DNA from: Rhodosorus marinus CCMP1338
Taxonomy: Eukaryota; Plantae; Rhodophyta
Length of the DNA: 64,000 bases
Direction: 5' to 3'
NCBI GenBank assembly: GCA_029953675.1
Contig: JAMWBK010000002.1
Location: 2,170,001-2,234,000, forward strand
Each line of letters opens with the position of its first letter. The first letter of the stretch is position 1. Positions 50,388 through 62,880 of this stretch are shown one piece after another. A model generated the notes under the pieces. The model saw only the letters and a program-made list of their open reading frames with translations. It searched no databases and was not told the origin of the DNA. The position numbers and the translations under genes were made by a program.

Positions 50388-53300
50388 TTAAGATGCTTTG
50401 CTCTTTGCCTTCCGAAGCTTCGAGTAGAGACTTGCCAGTTCCGGTCCTTTCAACGCCGTTTTGCACGCAGCGGCGACATACCTCCATCCATGTACTGGGT
50501 TTCTCTTGGATCTCTCGATTTCGTTTCCAATGCTAACAAGGCACTCCCTGGTTCTCCTTATCTTCACCTTTCGGTCTTCTCCTTCCTTGTTCCCTTCGCT
50601 CAGTTCACGCAGCTCCAGTAGGACTTCTTTCTGACCTGATAACTCCTCCTCCCAACTTGGTGGTTTCTTGGTGCTGCGCGTGGACCTGCTGGACATCTTC
50701 CCCCGCTTGCCTTTGGATGACTTCCTCGAAGCATCCCGGACGAGCTCCCCAAGCAACTTAGTCGCTCTCGCTGCGACAGATTTTCTGCTTGTGCTGGCTA
50801 TCTTATCCGCAAGCTTCAGCTCCTCATCGCTGCCGATAGCTTCCCAGTTGCCGTACCCGTGGCGGTGAATTCCAACGAGCATCATCGCGTCGTTGCTGGG
50901 TAGCCAGCCGCTCTGTCTTCCTCCACTCAAGCCCCTTGGGAGACGAAAGCGAATATCGTTTTCGTACTCGGAGATACGTCTAGCAAGCTCCCCTAGTTCA
51001 ACAGCTCTCCTGACCACTTCTTTCGCGGCTACCGTCTCACCAGATATTACCACCGTGCCTTTGTCAGCAGTTACCTTTTTGGCATCAGAAAGACCCTTGT
51101 CCAAAATTTCGGCAGCTTCCTCCCTCGCAATCTTCTCCGTGAGATTGGCATCCGCAAGGATTTCCTCGATCCGCGCACTACTGCCGAACTTTTTGAAGCT
51201 TCTGATAAGTGCCGCCGAATCCTTCTTGCTTAGTCGGTTATCCGCGGTCGCTACTCCATTCGCCACTTTCGTTCTTCGTCTGCTCGACGGTGGCTTGCGC
51301 TTAGCTGTGGGTGACTCCTCTGTATACTTTTTCGTCTTGGTTATCCTTCTGGGCCCCAGGTAGTTCAAGTTTTCCGCAACAGCTTCATCTTGTTCCTCTT
51401 GGGGTATCACGCGATTCCAGAAATCCATATCAGACTCCTTTGCGAGTTGCTCTTTGTCCTTCTCCTCGTTCTGTTCTGCCTCATCAGCGAGCTGCTGCAA
51501 TGCATTCTCTCTTTCCTGAAGCTTCTTGGCTGCCGCTTCGGCCTCGCTTAGCTGGGTTTTTACGGTTGCAGGCGCTTCCTCCTCGTAGTCCTCCGTGGCA
51601 AAGTCTGCCCATTTGAAAGCGTTCAAGAGCGAATCACCTACACTTCCAGCCGCGGCAGCTTCGTTCTCATCTTGTTCTTTCGGAGCTCGTTCGAGTATCT
51701 CGTCTATGTCATCCATCGCTGGAGCCTTCTCCTGTTGCTTTTCCCCGGCTTTCTCGTTCTCCTCGTTGTCCTGCTTCTCCTTCTCGAACAGACGCTCCGC
51801 TCCAAACCGTAAAATGGCGGACAGTTCCTCCTTTTTGAAGGTCATCTTACCGGGCGCGTCGCCTCCTTCCACTCCATGGATGACGAGATGCTCGAGTACC
51901 CGTTTCCGTTTCGCCCTTTCCAGAATGTCCTCCTCTACAGTATCGCGGGACAGCAAACGGAACACTTTGACATCCTTTTTCTGTCCGATGCGGTGTGCTC
52001 GCGATTCAGCCTGGAGGTCGTTCTGAGGATTCCAATCGCTGTCAAAAATGACCACTGTGTCGGCCGTGGCGAGGTTGATTCCCAGTCCACCAGCTCTGGT
52101 CGAGAGCAGGAACACGAAATCAGTCGAATCTGGGGCATTGAAATGGTCGACGGATTTCTGGCGTATCTCGTTCCCCATAGACCCATCAAGTCTCTGCCAA
52201 GCAAAGCCCCTCATTCTGCAGTAGTCTTGCAAAATGTCCAACATTCGCACCATCTGCGAGAAAACCAGTACTCGATGCCCCTTTTCTTTCAACCTCAGGA
52301 GCAGCTTGTCCAGTAGAATCAGCTTGCCCGAGGACCGGATGAGGGCATTGAGCTGATCCGGGTTTTCCATGTCCTCAACATTCGGAAATAGGTAAGGATG
52401 ATTGCAGATCTTCTTCAGCTCGACAACAATATTCTGCAATGATGTGGCGTTCGACGGACCAGACCCCTTTCTCACAGCGTTCAACTTGGAAAAGTTTCGA
52501 GTGAGGATCCACTTGTAATACTTCTGCTGTAGTGATGTCAGCCCCACTCGAAGCACGGCGTATGTTTTCGAAGGTAACGACTTCTCCACATCTTCCTTCT
52601 GTCGACGAAGGATGTACGGACGTAGCTCCGCGTGGAGCTGGGCTATGCGTTCCGCATTCCTCAACTCGCTGAAGCTATACTTCTCCTCAAAACTCTGGGC
52701 TGAAACGTATGTGGATGGATTCAGGAAATTCAACAAAGCCCAAAGCTCGCGAATGGAATTCTGAAGCGGCGTCCCAGTTATCAAGAGCCGATTTGCTGAG
52801 GTGAACGCACTTAGGGCCTTGTGCATGGAGGACTCCTCGTTCTTGAGCCTATGCGCCTCATCCACAGCGATCAAGGACCAGCGGAATTCGCTGACAAGAT
52901 AGTCCATATCAGCCAGAACTAATTCAGGCGTAGTCAGCAAAACATGGAACTTGGCGTTGTTCCTATCAGTCACAAACTCAAATCGACGGATAACGTCCCT
53001 AGAGTTTCCATCACCAACGTATACGATTACATTTAAACTCGGCAGCCACCGAGAGAACTCCCTGTGCCATGCAGCTATCGTCGACAACGGTACAACAACA
53101 AGGAACGGACTTTGGACCTTCTTCACCTTCGCCAACCAGCCAATACAGCAAATGGTCTGCAAAGTTTTGCCCAGTCCCATTTCGTCCGCCAATATTACGT
53201 TTCGGTCGTTCACCCAGCTATATGCAAGAAAGTTAAGGCCCTCCAACTGATAATCCCTCAGTTTTCGGCCGTCGTTTCCGTAGCTCAGATACTCAGGCTG

Positions 53301-54862
53301 TTCTACAATCCTTCTGAACGGTTTTCTACTTTCTCTATGCGAGAACGGATTAAACGACCCCGCAGCTCCATGTGCGTCAGAATTCCGATCAAGAAAGTCG
53401 TCAATCTTCGCTAGATCCTCCTCCGTGTTAAGACTATTTGGAGCCTCCCATGTACACTCGGCATAAGATAGGTCCGACCACTTTGCCAAATACTCTAACG
53501 CCCCTTCAGCGTTCCGTCTGTCGCTAATGATTCTCTCGAGCTTTTGGTAGGTCTGAACTGCCTCTTGAACCTGCTCCCGTGCCATTAGATAGTCTTCCCT
53601 TTCATCTGGCCCGATTTCGTTTCGATCCAGGTACTCCAGCGTCTCCTCCACGCGCTTAATAAAGTTAGTTACCTTCTTGTACCCCTTGAACATGCTAAGC
53701 TCAGAGAGTGTATGCCAGGAACACTGGCGATATGACAGTCGGTGCCATTTGATCATGAAACTTGATTCGGAGGGAAGAAACTCAAAAGGATCATCCACTT
53801 CTGCTTCTTCCAGTTCTTCTCCATCATCGCGCTTGTTCGATCTGTAGTCCAGAACTTTTTCAATTAGGAGCTCCTGTTCAACTGGGGCCATAATATCAAA
53901 TGGTTTCTTTTTCCTCGTCTGGATTTCATCCTCTAGTGACTCCTCGTCAGTATGATCGGCTGCTTTCTCGCTCTGTTCAAAATGTTCCTGAGCCAGGTTC
54001 TGTAGCTTTCTTCCTGTTCTACCAATTGCACCACCCGGCTCATAGTCTGCATCCGAATCCTGACTCTTGCTGTTTAATACATGCTTTTTGAGCTTAATCT
54101 GCACGGGCTTCAGTGCAGCATTGCTGCGCTTCTTGGGATTTCGCCGTGGAGAAGAATCCCAGTCATCGGTATCTACTTCGCTATCGAAATCGCCAGAGTC
54201 GCTGAGCTTTCGTTTTCTCTTTGTGATGGTTCTGGGCTTTGACTTTTTTCTTTTAGGTTTGACTGTAGAGGGCCATGAATAATTAAATCAGCATCGGTCA
54301 GAAACGAATCTCGAATCACAGGCAATCAGAACTCGATGAACATCGACGGACATGCTGTCTTGCGAATGAAGATTCGATCCTTACCCTCGTACTCAACGTC
54401 GGACGAGTGATCGCTGCTTTCCTCGCTGAGGTTGTACGCCTCAAAGTCGTCATCCTCAGCTGCCCAAGAATTGTTCGTTTTTCTCCCCGGGCCTTTTTTT
54501 ATTTGCACTTCCTCATCAGCATCATCTGACAAGTCCTGCATTTCCTCCGCTGCCAATTTTTTTGCCTCAGCCACTTTCTCTTCCTCGGCACGTTTTTCAG
54601 CTTCCTCGAGCGCTTTGAGCTCCGCAACCAAGTTTCCGTCCTGAGCGTTTACATTAAACATGGGATCAGTGTCACCCTCTTCAGCATCTTCATACTCCTT
54701 TCCACTCTCCACCACGACCTCTTCGTCGGAGTCCTCGTCTGATGAGGGGCTGGACTCCGCCACTTCCTCGTCTCCCTGTACAGCATCCTCCCGCATACCA
54801 TCCTCCTCTTCAGCCTCGTCCTCATGTTCACTCTCAAATCCGTTGCTTTCGTAAACATCCAT
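50388..54862 (-). CDS. CHD1: Chromodomain-helicase-DNA-binding protein CHD1/2; true start may be further upstream
   Basis: Tandem chromodomains, DEMGLGKT, DEAH, QAESRAHRIGQ, SANT-SLIDE-like region (HGYGNW) and DUF4208-like tail. The acidic upstream exon joins via an intron near 54264-54384. Confidence 0.93.
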
Positions 54863-57358
54863 CAATCCCTGAATCTTGCTTAGGACTGTTACTACTATGG
54901 CGCCCTGCAAAACGTGGTAAGACCCTCAATAATTACAAACCCCAACCCCAAAAACCTGCTCTTCCTCGCCCTCCACCGCTTCTTCCAGAGCCGAACCTCA
55001 AAACCTATCTACATCAACGGTTGGCTTGGCTTTCACCAGAAGCAGAGTAGCAAACAAAAAACATTCAAAACCAGTCAAGTATACGACCACCCAAACCCCG
55101 ATTCTCGCCCAGCCACAGAGGCTTGAGGCACACGAACAATATACACCAGACCCGCCTTGGGCGAAAAAGGAAAACAAATTCTCTCTGCCTTAACAGGCCC
55201 CTCACCAACTCAAAGCAGCCATCACGCTCCTACAAACGACTGCTAAATCCTCCACCTCGAACTAATCAACAGAACGATCCCGCCAAAAAAGCATACCGCC
55301 TCAGGGATCGAAACCTCCCCAACAAATCCTCCTCTCAAATAAAGCTCACTACCCACCCCAACCCCCCCCACAGAAAAACAAAACACAAAATTTCGTCGTC
55401 AGAATCCTACCTATACAAAATCTCCCACCTGCACTTCCCGAAAACAAGGGAAATACCCAATCCTTCAGTCCAAACAAAACAAAACCTCCCTTACCCTACT
55501 CCTCCCCCCTCCATCTTGACATCCCCTCCGCGGAAGCAAATTCGTCCTCTTCATCAGAAAACCCACTTCTCAGTTAAGCCTTTCTCGACCTTCAAAAAAC
55601 CACCCATTTTCTCTTACCACGCCACTGACCGTAAAAACCCCACCCCCCCCCCTCAAAAAAAAACGAAAAAAAAACGGAGTTTTATGAAAGCAAGCACAGG
55701 AGTCCACTGTCGCAAACTGACGGATGACAACTCCAAGGATTTTAATAGCCGTCAAAATGTATTGATATGAATAGTAATAGAAAAAGCTCTTCTTTTCTCT
55801 TCCACTGATGTTTTTTTTTCTAGAAAGAATTTGGTTCTGTCCCATATTGACCCGGTTTCAGTTTTAAAACTAATTTTTCATAATGTGCTTGATATGGGGA
55901 CTTGGGAAGGGAATCGGGTGGTGGGGGTTGGGTGGGACGGATATCTACAGGAGCGATTCCATTTTCTGTGTGTTTTGAAAATATTAGGAAGGGTATTGGA
56001 TGGGTGGTCAACGTTTTGGTAAGGGGTTGGTTGCCTTGGAAGGATTTGTGAAGGCTTTCCTGACTGGGTTATTGTCGGGCGGGTTAGGTGGGGGAGAGAG
56101 GTTGATCTAGGACTTGGTGCGCGTGATTCGCGGAGGTGAGGCTCTTTTTCGTGTGGTTCGGACTCAGGTTTAGAGGAACCTGGGTCCGAACCCATATCGA
56201 GAAGGGTCAACCTCGCTCACTGGAAGTCTCGAAAGCGTTCGAAATGGGGCAGCTATCAGGTCACGGTGTCTCGGCGCTATGGGGAACAGACAATTTTACG
56301 GAGCGGTCGTAGTCCTTGTATCGTATGACTTGCCACATCAATCAAAAAACGGGCCCAGCTAAAGCTGGGGAAATCCTGCGAACCAGTGAACCGATCTCTT
56401 ACCCAAAGTTCGAATCCCTCAACGTTTTTGAGCTTTCCGGTTCACAGCGGACACGGCATGACGAGTACGGAATCTTGCCACATCTTGTAACCTGTGTTTT
56501 GATCTCACCATGAACCTATGAAGTAGAGAACCAAGGATGTTGAGCAGCAGGAAGCTCGATTGTATGGCCGTGACACCGGCACAGACCCCCCCCGTATTTC
56601 CTGAGCACGAAAACTCTGTTTCCGAGGATCGACCGACGCAATCCACGCTCCAAAAAACTCTTCCGAAAGTAGAAGAAACAACAACTACGAATTTGTACGC
56701 AATTTCAGCGTACTGACTGCAACTACCATCCGCAGATACCGTGGAAAATACCAAATTAAGAATATAACTATTTTCGTAATATAATACTCATACATGTATT
56801 TACCTTAAGTACACTGCATATTCCCATGTAGTTGCACTCAGCTGAGTTCGATCGTACTAGTACGTGGGGGTAAGTACTTACTAAGCGGAACGAATGCACT
56901 TTTTCGAGCAAAACTCGTTTGCGCACTGAGTTTTTTGCTAGAATTTGAGGATGGGAATTGTAATAGAAAAACAGGAGCAGATTGAGGACAAAAAATCGAA
57001 AGTGCTGATTTTGTTTTTGTTATTTGGATTTCAATCATTTCCAAGAAAATCAGTCGTTTTTACCCGTCGTAAATAAGCAACCCAGACTGTATGGGTTGTC
57101 TTCCAGCTCTCAGAGGACGCTAGGCTGGGTGCTCAGGCGCTCTTTAGGTGGAACATGAAAAGGCCTTTTGAATCTGACGACATGAATCATGTCGTGTTTT
57201 TTTTCCCCTTTTGCCTTGCTATGCCGTTTCTCAACCGCTTCAAGCTCCCGAGTCTGTTGATCAACCCGTTGACTTCCTTGATCTGCAATAGTACGAATCG
57301 ATATCGGTTGGGCACGTAACTACGGTTTGCTTTGTATGTTCACCGGGCATCCCATTCA

Positions 57359-58048
57359 CTAGTCCTCCTGGAATCTGCTCGCTAGCTCCGCAAAGTTCAT
57401 TCGCTGTGATTTTCGTGGAAGCTCCTGTTTCCAGTCAGACTTCGAGACCTCTGCTCCTGGTTGCGCGAATTGCTCATCAGTTGCCTTGAACATTGATGAA
57501 ATCTCGTTGAAATTCATCATTGAGTCATCCTTCGACACTCCAAGCTCTGCAAGTGGTTCTGGAGGTGCTCGAACCTTCTTCACTATCGCGGTTGTGGTCA
57601 CTTTCTCGAACTCATCAATCAAGTTGACCACATCATCCTGTCTGCTGTCCTCAACCCCTCCGACCCGCACACTCTCTACCCCATCCAGCTTTCGTAGTTG
57701 TTCTTTAACTCGTTGGAGACTCTTTCCATGTGTGAGAGTTTTTGGAGTAGGGTCCTCATCCTCTCGTGATGAATTTGCATCCGAGGTTAGATAGCTCATG
57801 GCATCCGAATTCTTTTCCTGTCCCTCCTTCTTTGGGGAGTATTCTATGTTGCTCACGGTTTCAATGGCATGGCTCTTTTCTTTTGCGATCATCTCACCAT
57901 CCAGAATCTCGAACTCAAGGTCATTGAAAGTCCTAGGGATCTTGCACTCGGCCCATGGAGAAGCACCGAGGTCCTGCGCTTTTTCTGGCGTCCCCCGTCG
58001 GTTGCGGGAGCCTATGGTCTGCCTTGGCATACATGCAACGTTCCCCAT
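57359..58048 (-). CDS. Orphan 229-aa disordered protein starting MGNVAC (predicted myristoylation/palmitoylation)
   Basis: Single open frame with charged, low-hydrophobicity composition. Starts with the MGxxxC acylation pattern and carries three similar short helical motifs. Confidence 0.65.
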   Translation of the reverse strand: MGNVACMPRQTIGSRNRRGTPEKAQDLGASPWAECKIPRTFNDLEFEILDGEMIAKEKSHAIETVSNIEYSPKKEGQEKNSDAMSYLTSDANSSREDEDPTPKTLTHGKSLQRVKEQLRKLDGVESVRVGGVEDSRQDDVVNLIDEFEKVTTTAIVKKVRAPPEPLAELGVSKDDSMMNFNEISSMFKATDEQFAQPGAEVSKSDWKQELPRKSQRMNFAELASRFQED

Positions 58049-59137
58049 GCTGCTGTAATCCTCCTGACGAAAACTTTTCTTCAGCACAGATCCAAGCTTC
58101 CGTCTTCGCCTTGAACAACTTCAGCTCACACCCTTGTATCAACAAACCACGTGCCAGACCACCTTGCCTCGGAGTTATTAACTCTCTCGACTGGTCCTGG
58201 CAAACATTAAGAGCAATGCGTTCACGTTCTTTTCGGAATATCCTCCCTAATGGAATACCATTTAAGAATTCAATTGAATTCCAGTTGTTGCAACGGGTAA
58301 ATGGGACTTTGAAGCCAGGCACCTCGCTCGATGGGCCGAGAAAACTTAGCAGTTGCTGTTTTTTGTCCTGTGGACCTCATCCTGTGAGAGTAGGGGGCTC
58401 GGCTCGGAGCCAAAAAGCGGCGTTCCCAAGTGGAAAAAATCTTTGCCCAAACTCACTGTCAGAAAATCCCGACTCGTGAAGGTAAAACGTCTACTAGCTT
58501 CCTTTTGAACCAGCAATTTCAGTAGTAACGTCTACTTGCGTGGACATCAAAAGAATCAACGAAAATAAGCATGAAGAAATCGCCAGTATCCAATCCAGGA
58601 GAGTACCGCATACGTCTATACGGCCGAAGGTTTCGAAGATATCAAAAACTGCTTAAATTTCCATCACCACGTATAGTAACCGGCATCAGACCGGAAAACG
58701 TTTAAAATGGAACTTGCCGTTATGGACTACAAAATTCTTCCTAAATTTATATCATTCGGATAGTCTTTATCCAATAATATTCTCTAATTATAATACTGAT
58801 TGAGTATCCATCGCAATAATTGGACAATGGTATTTGAAATTTAAATTTGGGGGGGGGGGCGGGGTGTGGGCAGTTGGTAGACTAGAAGGTGATTGGGGTC
58901 CAGTGAAGAATTTGTTGATCGACAAAGGCGAACACTCCAACCGTGTTAACCCGAGAACTCTTGAGAAGGGCAAAACCCCGCGATCGATATCGGTCGGGCT
59001 ATCAAAGTCGGGCCATTTTCCGTGCATTCTAGTAGGGAACAACTGATCCGCGGACACGCGCTGGCACGCATTGCCGTGAAGGTGCTGTTCTCGTGACCAT
59101 TAAGAAAATTCCCCTCCGTTGGGTTTTTGTTTAGTTC

Positions 59138-59175
59138 AACTGCAGTCGCAAATCACATGATTTGCGACTGCAGTT
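59138..59175. repeat. 38-bp palindrome (18-bp perfect arms, 2-nt spacer)
   Basis: AACTGCAGTCGCAAATCA-CA-TGATTTGCGACTGCAGTT. Confidence 0.97.
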
Positions 59176-59604
59176 AAATGCTACGTGTCGAAGATGACCC
59201 CTTTATTATTATTCAAATAGACTCAGTCCTGTGATCTTCAGCTTGAGTGCGTAGTTTGCCAAATCCATAGAAAAAGAAATTAACAGCAATTGTCCCAAGA
59301 AATTGAAAGATATCGACTAATCCTGTTTTGGATAATGTAACGGTCTCAATAGTTGCGGGTTTGGGACGCGAAGAAGTCGATGTGCCGGGCCTGAGAAAAT
59401 TTCGATAGGCAGACAGGTCTGGTCATCTTGTATGGCAGCTGTGAACGCGAATAAATCGTCTGTGGAATATTTGTCCCGAGGGAAGCAGCGAAGCTTGAGG
59501 ACGGATAGTGTGTGGAAGGGGTTCGAGCTTGAGGTATCCGGGCGGAGATAATCCGGGAAGCACAGGGGGCCTGAAAACTGAATCGTCACGTTTTCGAAAG
59601 AAAA

Positions 59605-62203
59605 ATGGATGCGAGACCTCTTGTGGATAAGACCAATGCTCAGTTTGAGTCGAAACTCAGGGTACCTGGAGTAAGTACGAAAGGACCACCCCGATCATCA
59701 CCGAAAGGGGGGGATGGCGCCCGTCAACGAGGTGGCCAAAGTCAGGCGAGGCAGGTTGCACCTCAACGACGACGAGCAGGAGAAAGTAGGACAGCTCGGC
59801 CCAAAGTGCCACGGACTGCTGCGACGAATGGAATGCAGCATGTTCCAGAAGAGTTGCTGATAACGAAGGAGGAATTCCAACAAAAAATGGAGGATTTGTC
59901 AAAGCGGGTTGAGGACAAGGAGAAGCAGCTTAAGGACGAGATCGAACGTCACCAGAAAGAATCTCTCGCAAACTCTCATCAAGTGATCAATGCCCTCCAA
60001 ACCAACTCAACCACCCTCATGGAACAGACGAGCAATCTCGCAGCCGAAGCTCACATCCTGAGGACCGAAAAGGACAAGGTCGTGGAGCAGCTCAACTCGG
60101 AACAGCGACGGGTATTCGAGTTGACAAGTCAAGTGGAAAGGGAGCAGCAATCGACTGCCGAACTGAAGTCTAGCCTGGAGCTTGCTCAGAGGAGAGCCGA
60201 TGAAGCTGAGGCTTTGTTAGACAACGCTGAACAAGCAAGGAGCAAGCTGCAGAGTGAACTTGAGCAAGCTTCTGCTGCGAATAACCTGGACCTGGAAAAG
60301 CAGCTGGAATTATCCCAGGATAAAGAGACGATTCAGGATAGAGAGATCGCAAGACTTCGGGCGGAGATCAATGAAAGCCTGAATAGATTCGATGATTGCT
60401 CAGAAAAGCTGAAGTCGATGCACAACGATCTCGATCAAGCGAATGCAAAGAAAAGTTCCCTTGAGAGTGAGTTGAGAACGGCACAGTTTCGATGCGAGGA
60501 GATAGAACGGGAAAAGATCTCAGTTGAATACGAACTCGAAAAGTCGAGAAAAGAACATGAAAGAGAGCTAGCGAGTGTGCGAGGTGCATTGGACGGATCA
60601 GAGAAAGAGAGAAAGTCTTGCGAGGAGGAGCTTAACAGGAATAGATCGACCAACAAGATACAAGAAGATACGATTGCGCAACTGGAGTTGGTACTTGAAA
60701 GCTCACGACGGGATGGTTTGCAGAGTACTGAAGAGCTGAAACGAGTAATCGATAACTTCGAACTCGCCAAGAAAACGGAGAGGCAGCTGGAGGACGATCT
60801 ATCAAGATTGAAGGAAGAGTTGCGAAACGCCGAGAAAGCAGCCGATGAATCTGCACGCAGCATTAGTGAGCAGCAAAGCACCGTTGACTATCTTTCACAG
60901 AGGATTTTGGATCTAGAAAACGCATTGCAGACAGCCAAGGATGAGTTTACTCAGCTAGAAACGGAGCACAACGAGTTGAAGCTGAAGTCAGCGGATCAGG
61001 AGCAACAGATTCGGGACTACAAGCTATTAACCAAGAAGCTCAAGAACGAAGTGCAGGAGTTGAAGGGAAATATTCGAGTGTTCTGCAGAGTGAGGCCAGG
61101 GTTGAATGGACACGAAGCGAGTTCAGACATCTACAAACTTAATACCAGAGACGGGATGATCACGGCAGCTAATCCAGCCGTAGCTCCAGGAAAAGGAGAT
61201 CAGTGGAAGTTTAAATTCGACAACGTTTTCCATGCGCTGTCTACTCAAGAACAGGTCTTCGACGAGGTTTCACAGGTGGTTGAAAGCTCGTTAGATGGTT
61301 ATTCTGTCTGCCTGTTTGCGTATGGGCAGACAGGATCTGGTAAGACCTACACTATGCTTGGAAACGGCAGTGCTGCGATAGAAGAGCACGGAGTTATCCC
61401 GAGGGCCACCAGGCTAGTGTTCGACAGAGCCAACGAATTGCAAGAGGAGGGCTGGACGTACACGCTTAAAGCTTCATTCCTTGAGATTTACAACGACGAT
61501 ATCTGGGATCTGCTTCCAAAGGACGGGGACGAAAGGACCCCACTGAACATGAGAATGAGCAAAGGTTCACAATCTAGACATGTCCACGGGCTGAACGAAA
61601 TTCAAGTCACCAGTCCAGAGCAAGTCAATATGCTGATCAAAAAGAGTATGGCGAAGCGCGCTACAGCCGCGACTAAGATGAACGAAAAGTCGAGTCGAAG
61701 TCATTCCGTTTTCCGCATACACATTAGCGGGCACCGAGAAACTTCAAACCAGACTGTGGAATCAGCTTTGAACTTGATCGATCTTGCCGGTTCGGAACGC
61801 TTGAAGAGTTCTGGCTCGGAAGGAGAAAGGCTCAAGGAAACCCAACATATCAACAAAAGTCTAACAGCACTTGGTAAGGCAGGCCTCTTGCTTTGTGACG
61901 AGACCGAAAGCACTTGCTTCCTCCATCATCTGACTCGGTCATTTTCCGTACCCAACAGGTGACGTCATAATGGCTCTGTCAAACAGAAGAAGTCACATTC
62001 CCTATAGGAACTCTAAGCTCACGGAAGTACTCGAAGACTCCCTGGGCGGAAACTGCAAGACGCTTATGTTCGTAAACGTCTCACCCTCGGAGGCCAGCTT
62101 CAGCGAGTCAATGCAATCCTTGCGCTTCGCTTCAAAGGTAAATTCGGTTGAAATTGGCACTGCGAGGAAGCAGCAAAAGATCGACATGGGCCCTTCAACA
62201 TGA
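59605..62203 (+). CDS. Kinesin-14 (KAR3/Ncd-type C-terminal motor); intron 61874-61958
   Basis: Long coiled coil, neck [15 protein letters not shown]-loop [29 protein letters not shown]|[13 protein letters not shown]. Confidence 0.95.
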
Positions 62204-62669
62204 GTACGGTGACCCAGGCTAGTTGAAGCTGGTTCCGTTCAAACCTCGGCTATAACTACTGTATCTTGTAAATAGCGATATCTAAATCTTTAAACGGAAA
62301 CGTTTTGTTCTGCTTGTGGACTTGCATTTTTTGCCATCCAAAACATGCTATACTTTCTGACTAGAGAGTCTGACCTGCTCAGCCCATCTGAACTCTGAGA
62401 TGTTCTACAGCTCCAATCAACTACAGCCAGACCCCGAAGAGAATCAATCACCAATACTCAACGAAAGTCGCTGCTGGACTGAACGCCAACATGGCTGTGG
62501 TCTCTCAACGGCCTTTTCGCGCTACGCAAGTTGAACAATCTACAAGCTGCTGACATTCCGAAAACAGCGACTTGCACATCAACGATCAAACGTTCAGCTA
62601 AACGTACAGGGCAGAGCCGCCCGCCCAACACCGCTACAAATTCAATCCGGATGTGACCAAAACACGGAA

Positions 62670-62880
62670 CAAGACCAGTAGAAACAAAGCCACTGAACTT
62701 AATGTACTCTACCGCTCTTCGTGGGGAAGAAAAGGAACAATCGGAAATAGTTCTCTTGGGGGGCCACAGTGCCCACAACGGGCTAGGCACAAGACCAGTA
62801 GAAACAAAGCCACAATCACAGTGCAGTCGGAATGCTCTCTTGTGCTCTTCGCGTGGAAAGAAAGGAACAATCAGAAATAA
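62670..62880. repeat. Degenerate two-copy direct repeat (120-130 bp period)
   Basis: CAAGACCAGTAGAAACAAAGCCAC is identical at 62670 and 62790. GCTCTTCG...AAAGGAACAATC(G/A)GAAATA recurs at 62714 and 62844. Confidence 0.85.

Noticed and set aside
49888-50536. Extra CHD1 exons or a separate gene in 124-199 aa ORFs
   Set aside because: CHD1 already ends properly after its DUF4208-like domain at 50388, and these overlapping frames have no recognisable motifs.
57933-58479. 174-aa plus and 129-aa minus ORFs overlapping the orphan gene's 5' end
   Set aside because: No motifs or coding-like composition; best explained as UTR/promoter sequence.
59110-59345. MSA (AACGG) mitotic promoter elements for kinesin-14
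   Set aside because: Only one good match (CCCAACGG, minus strand) and one partial, which is compatible with chance.
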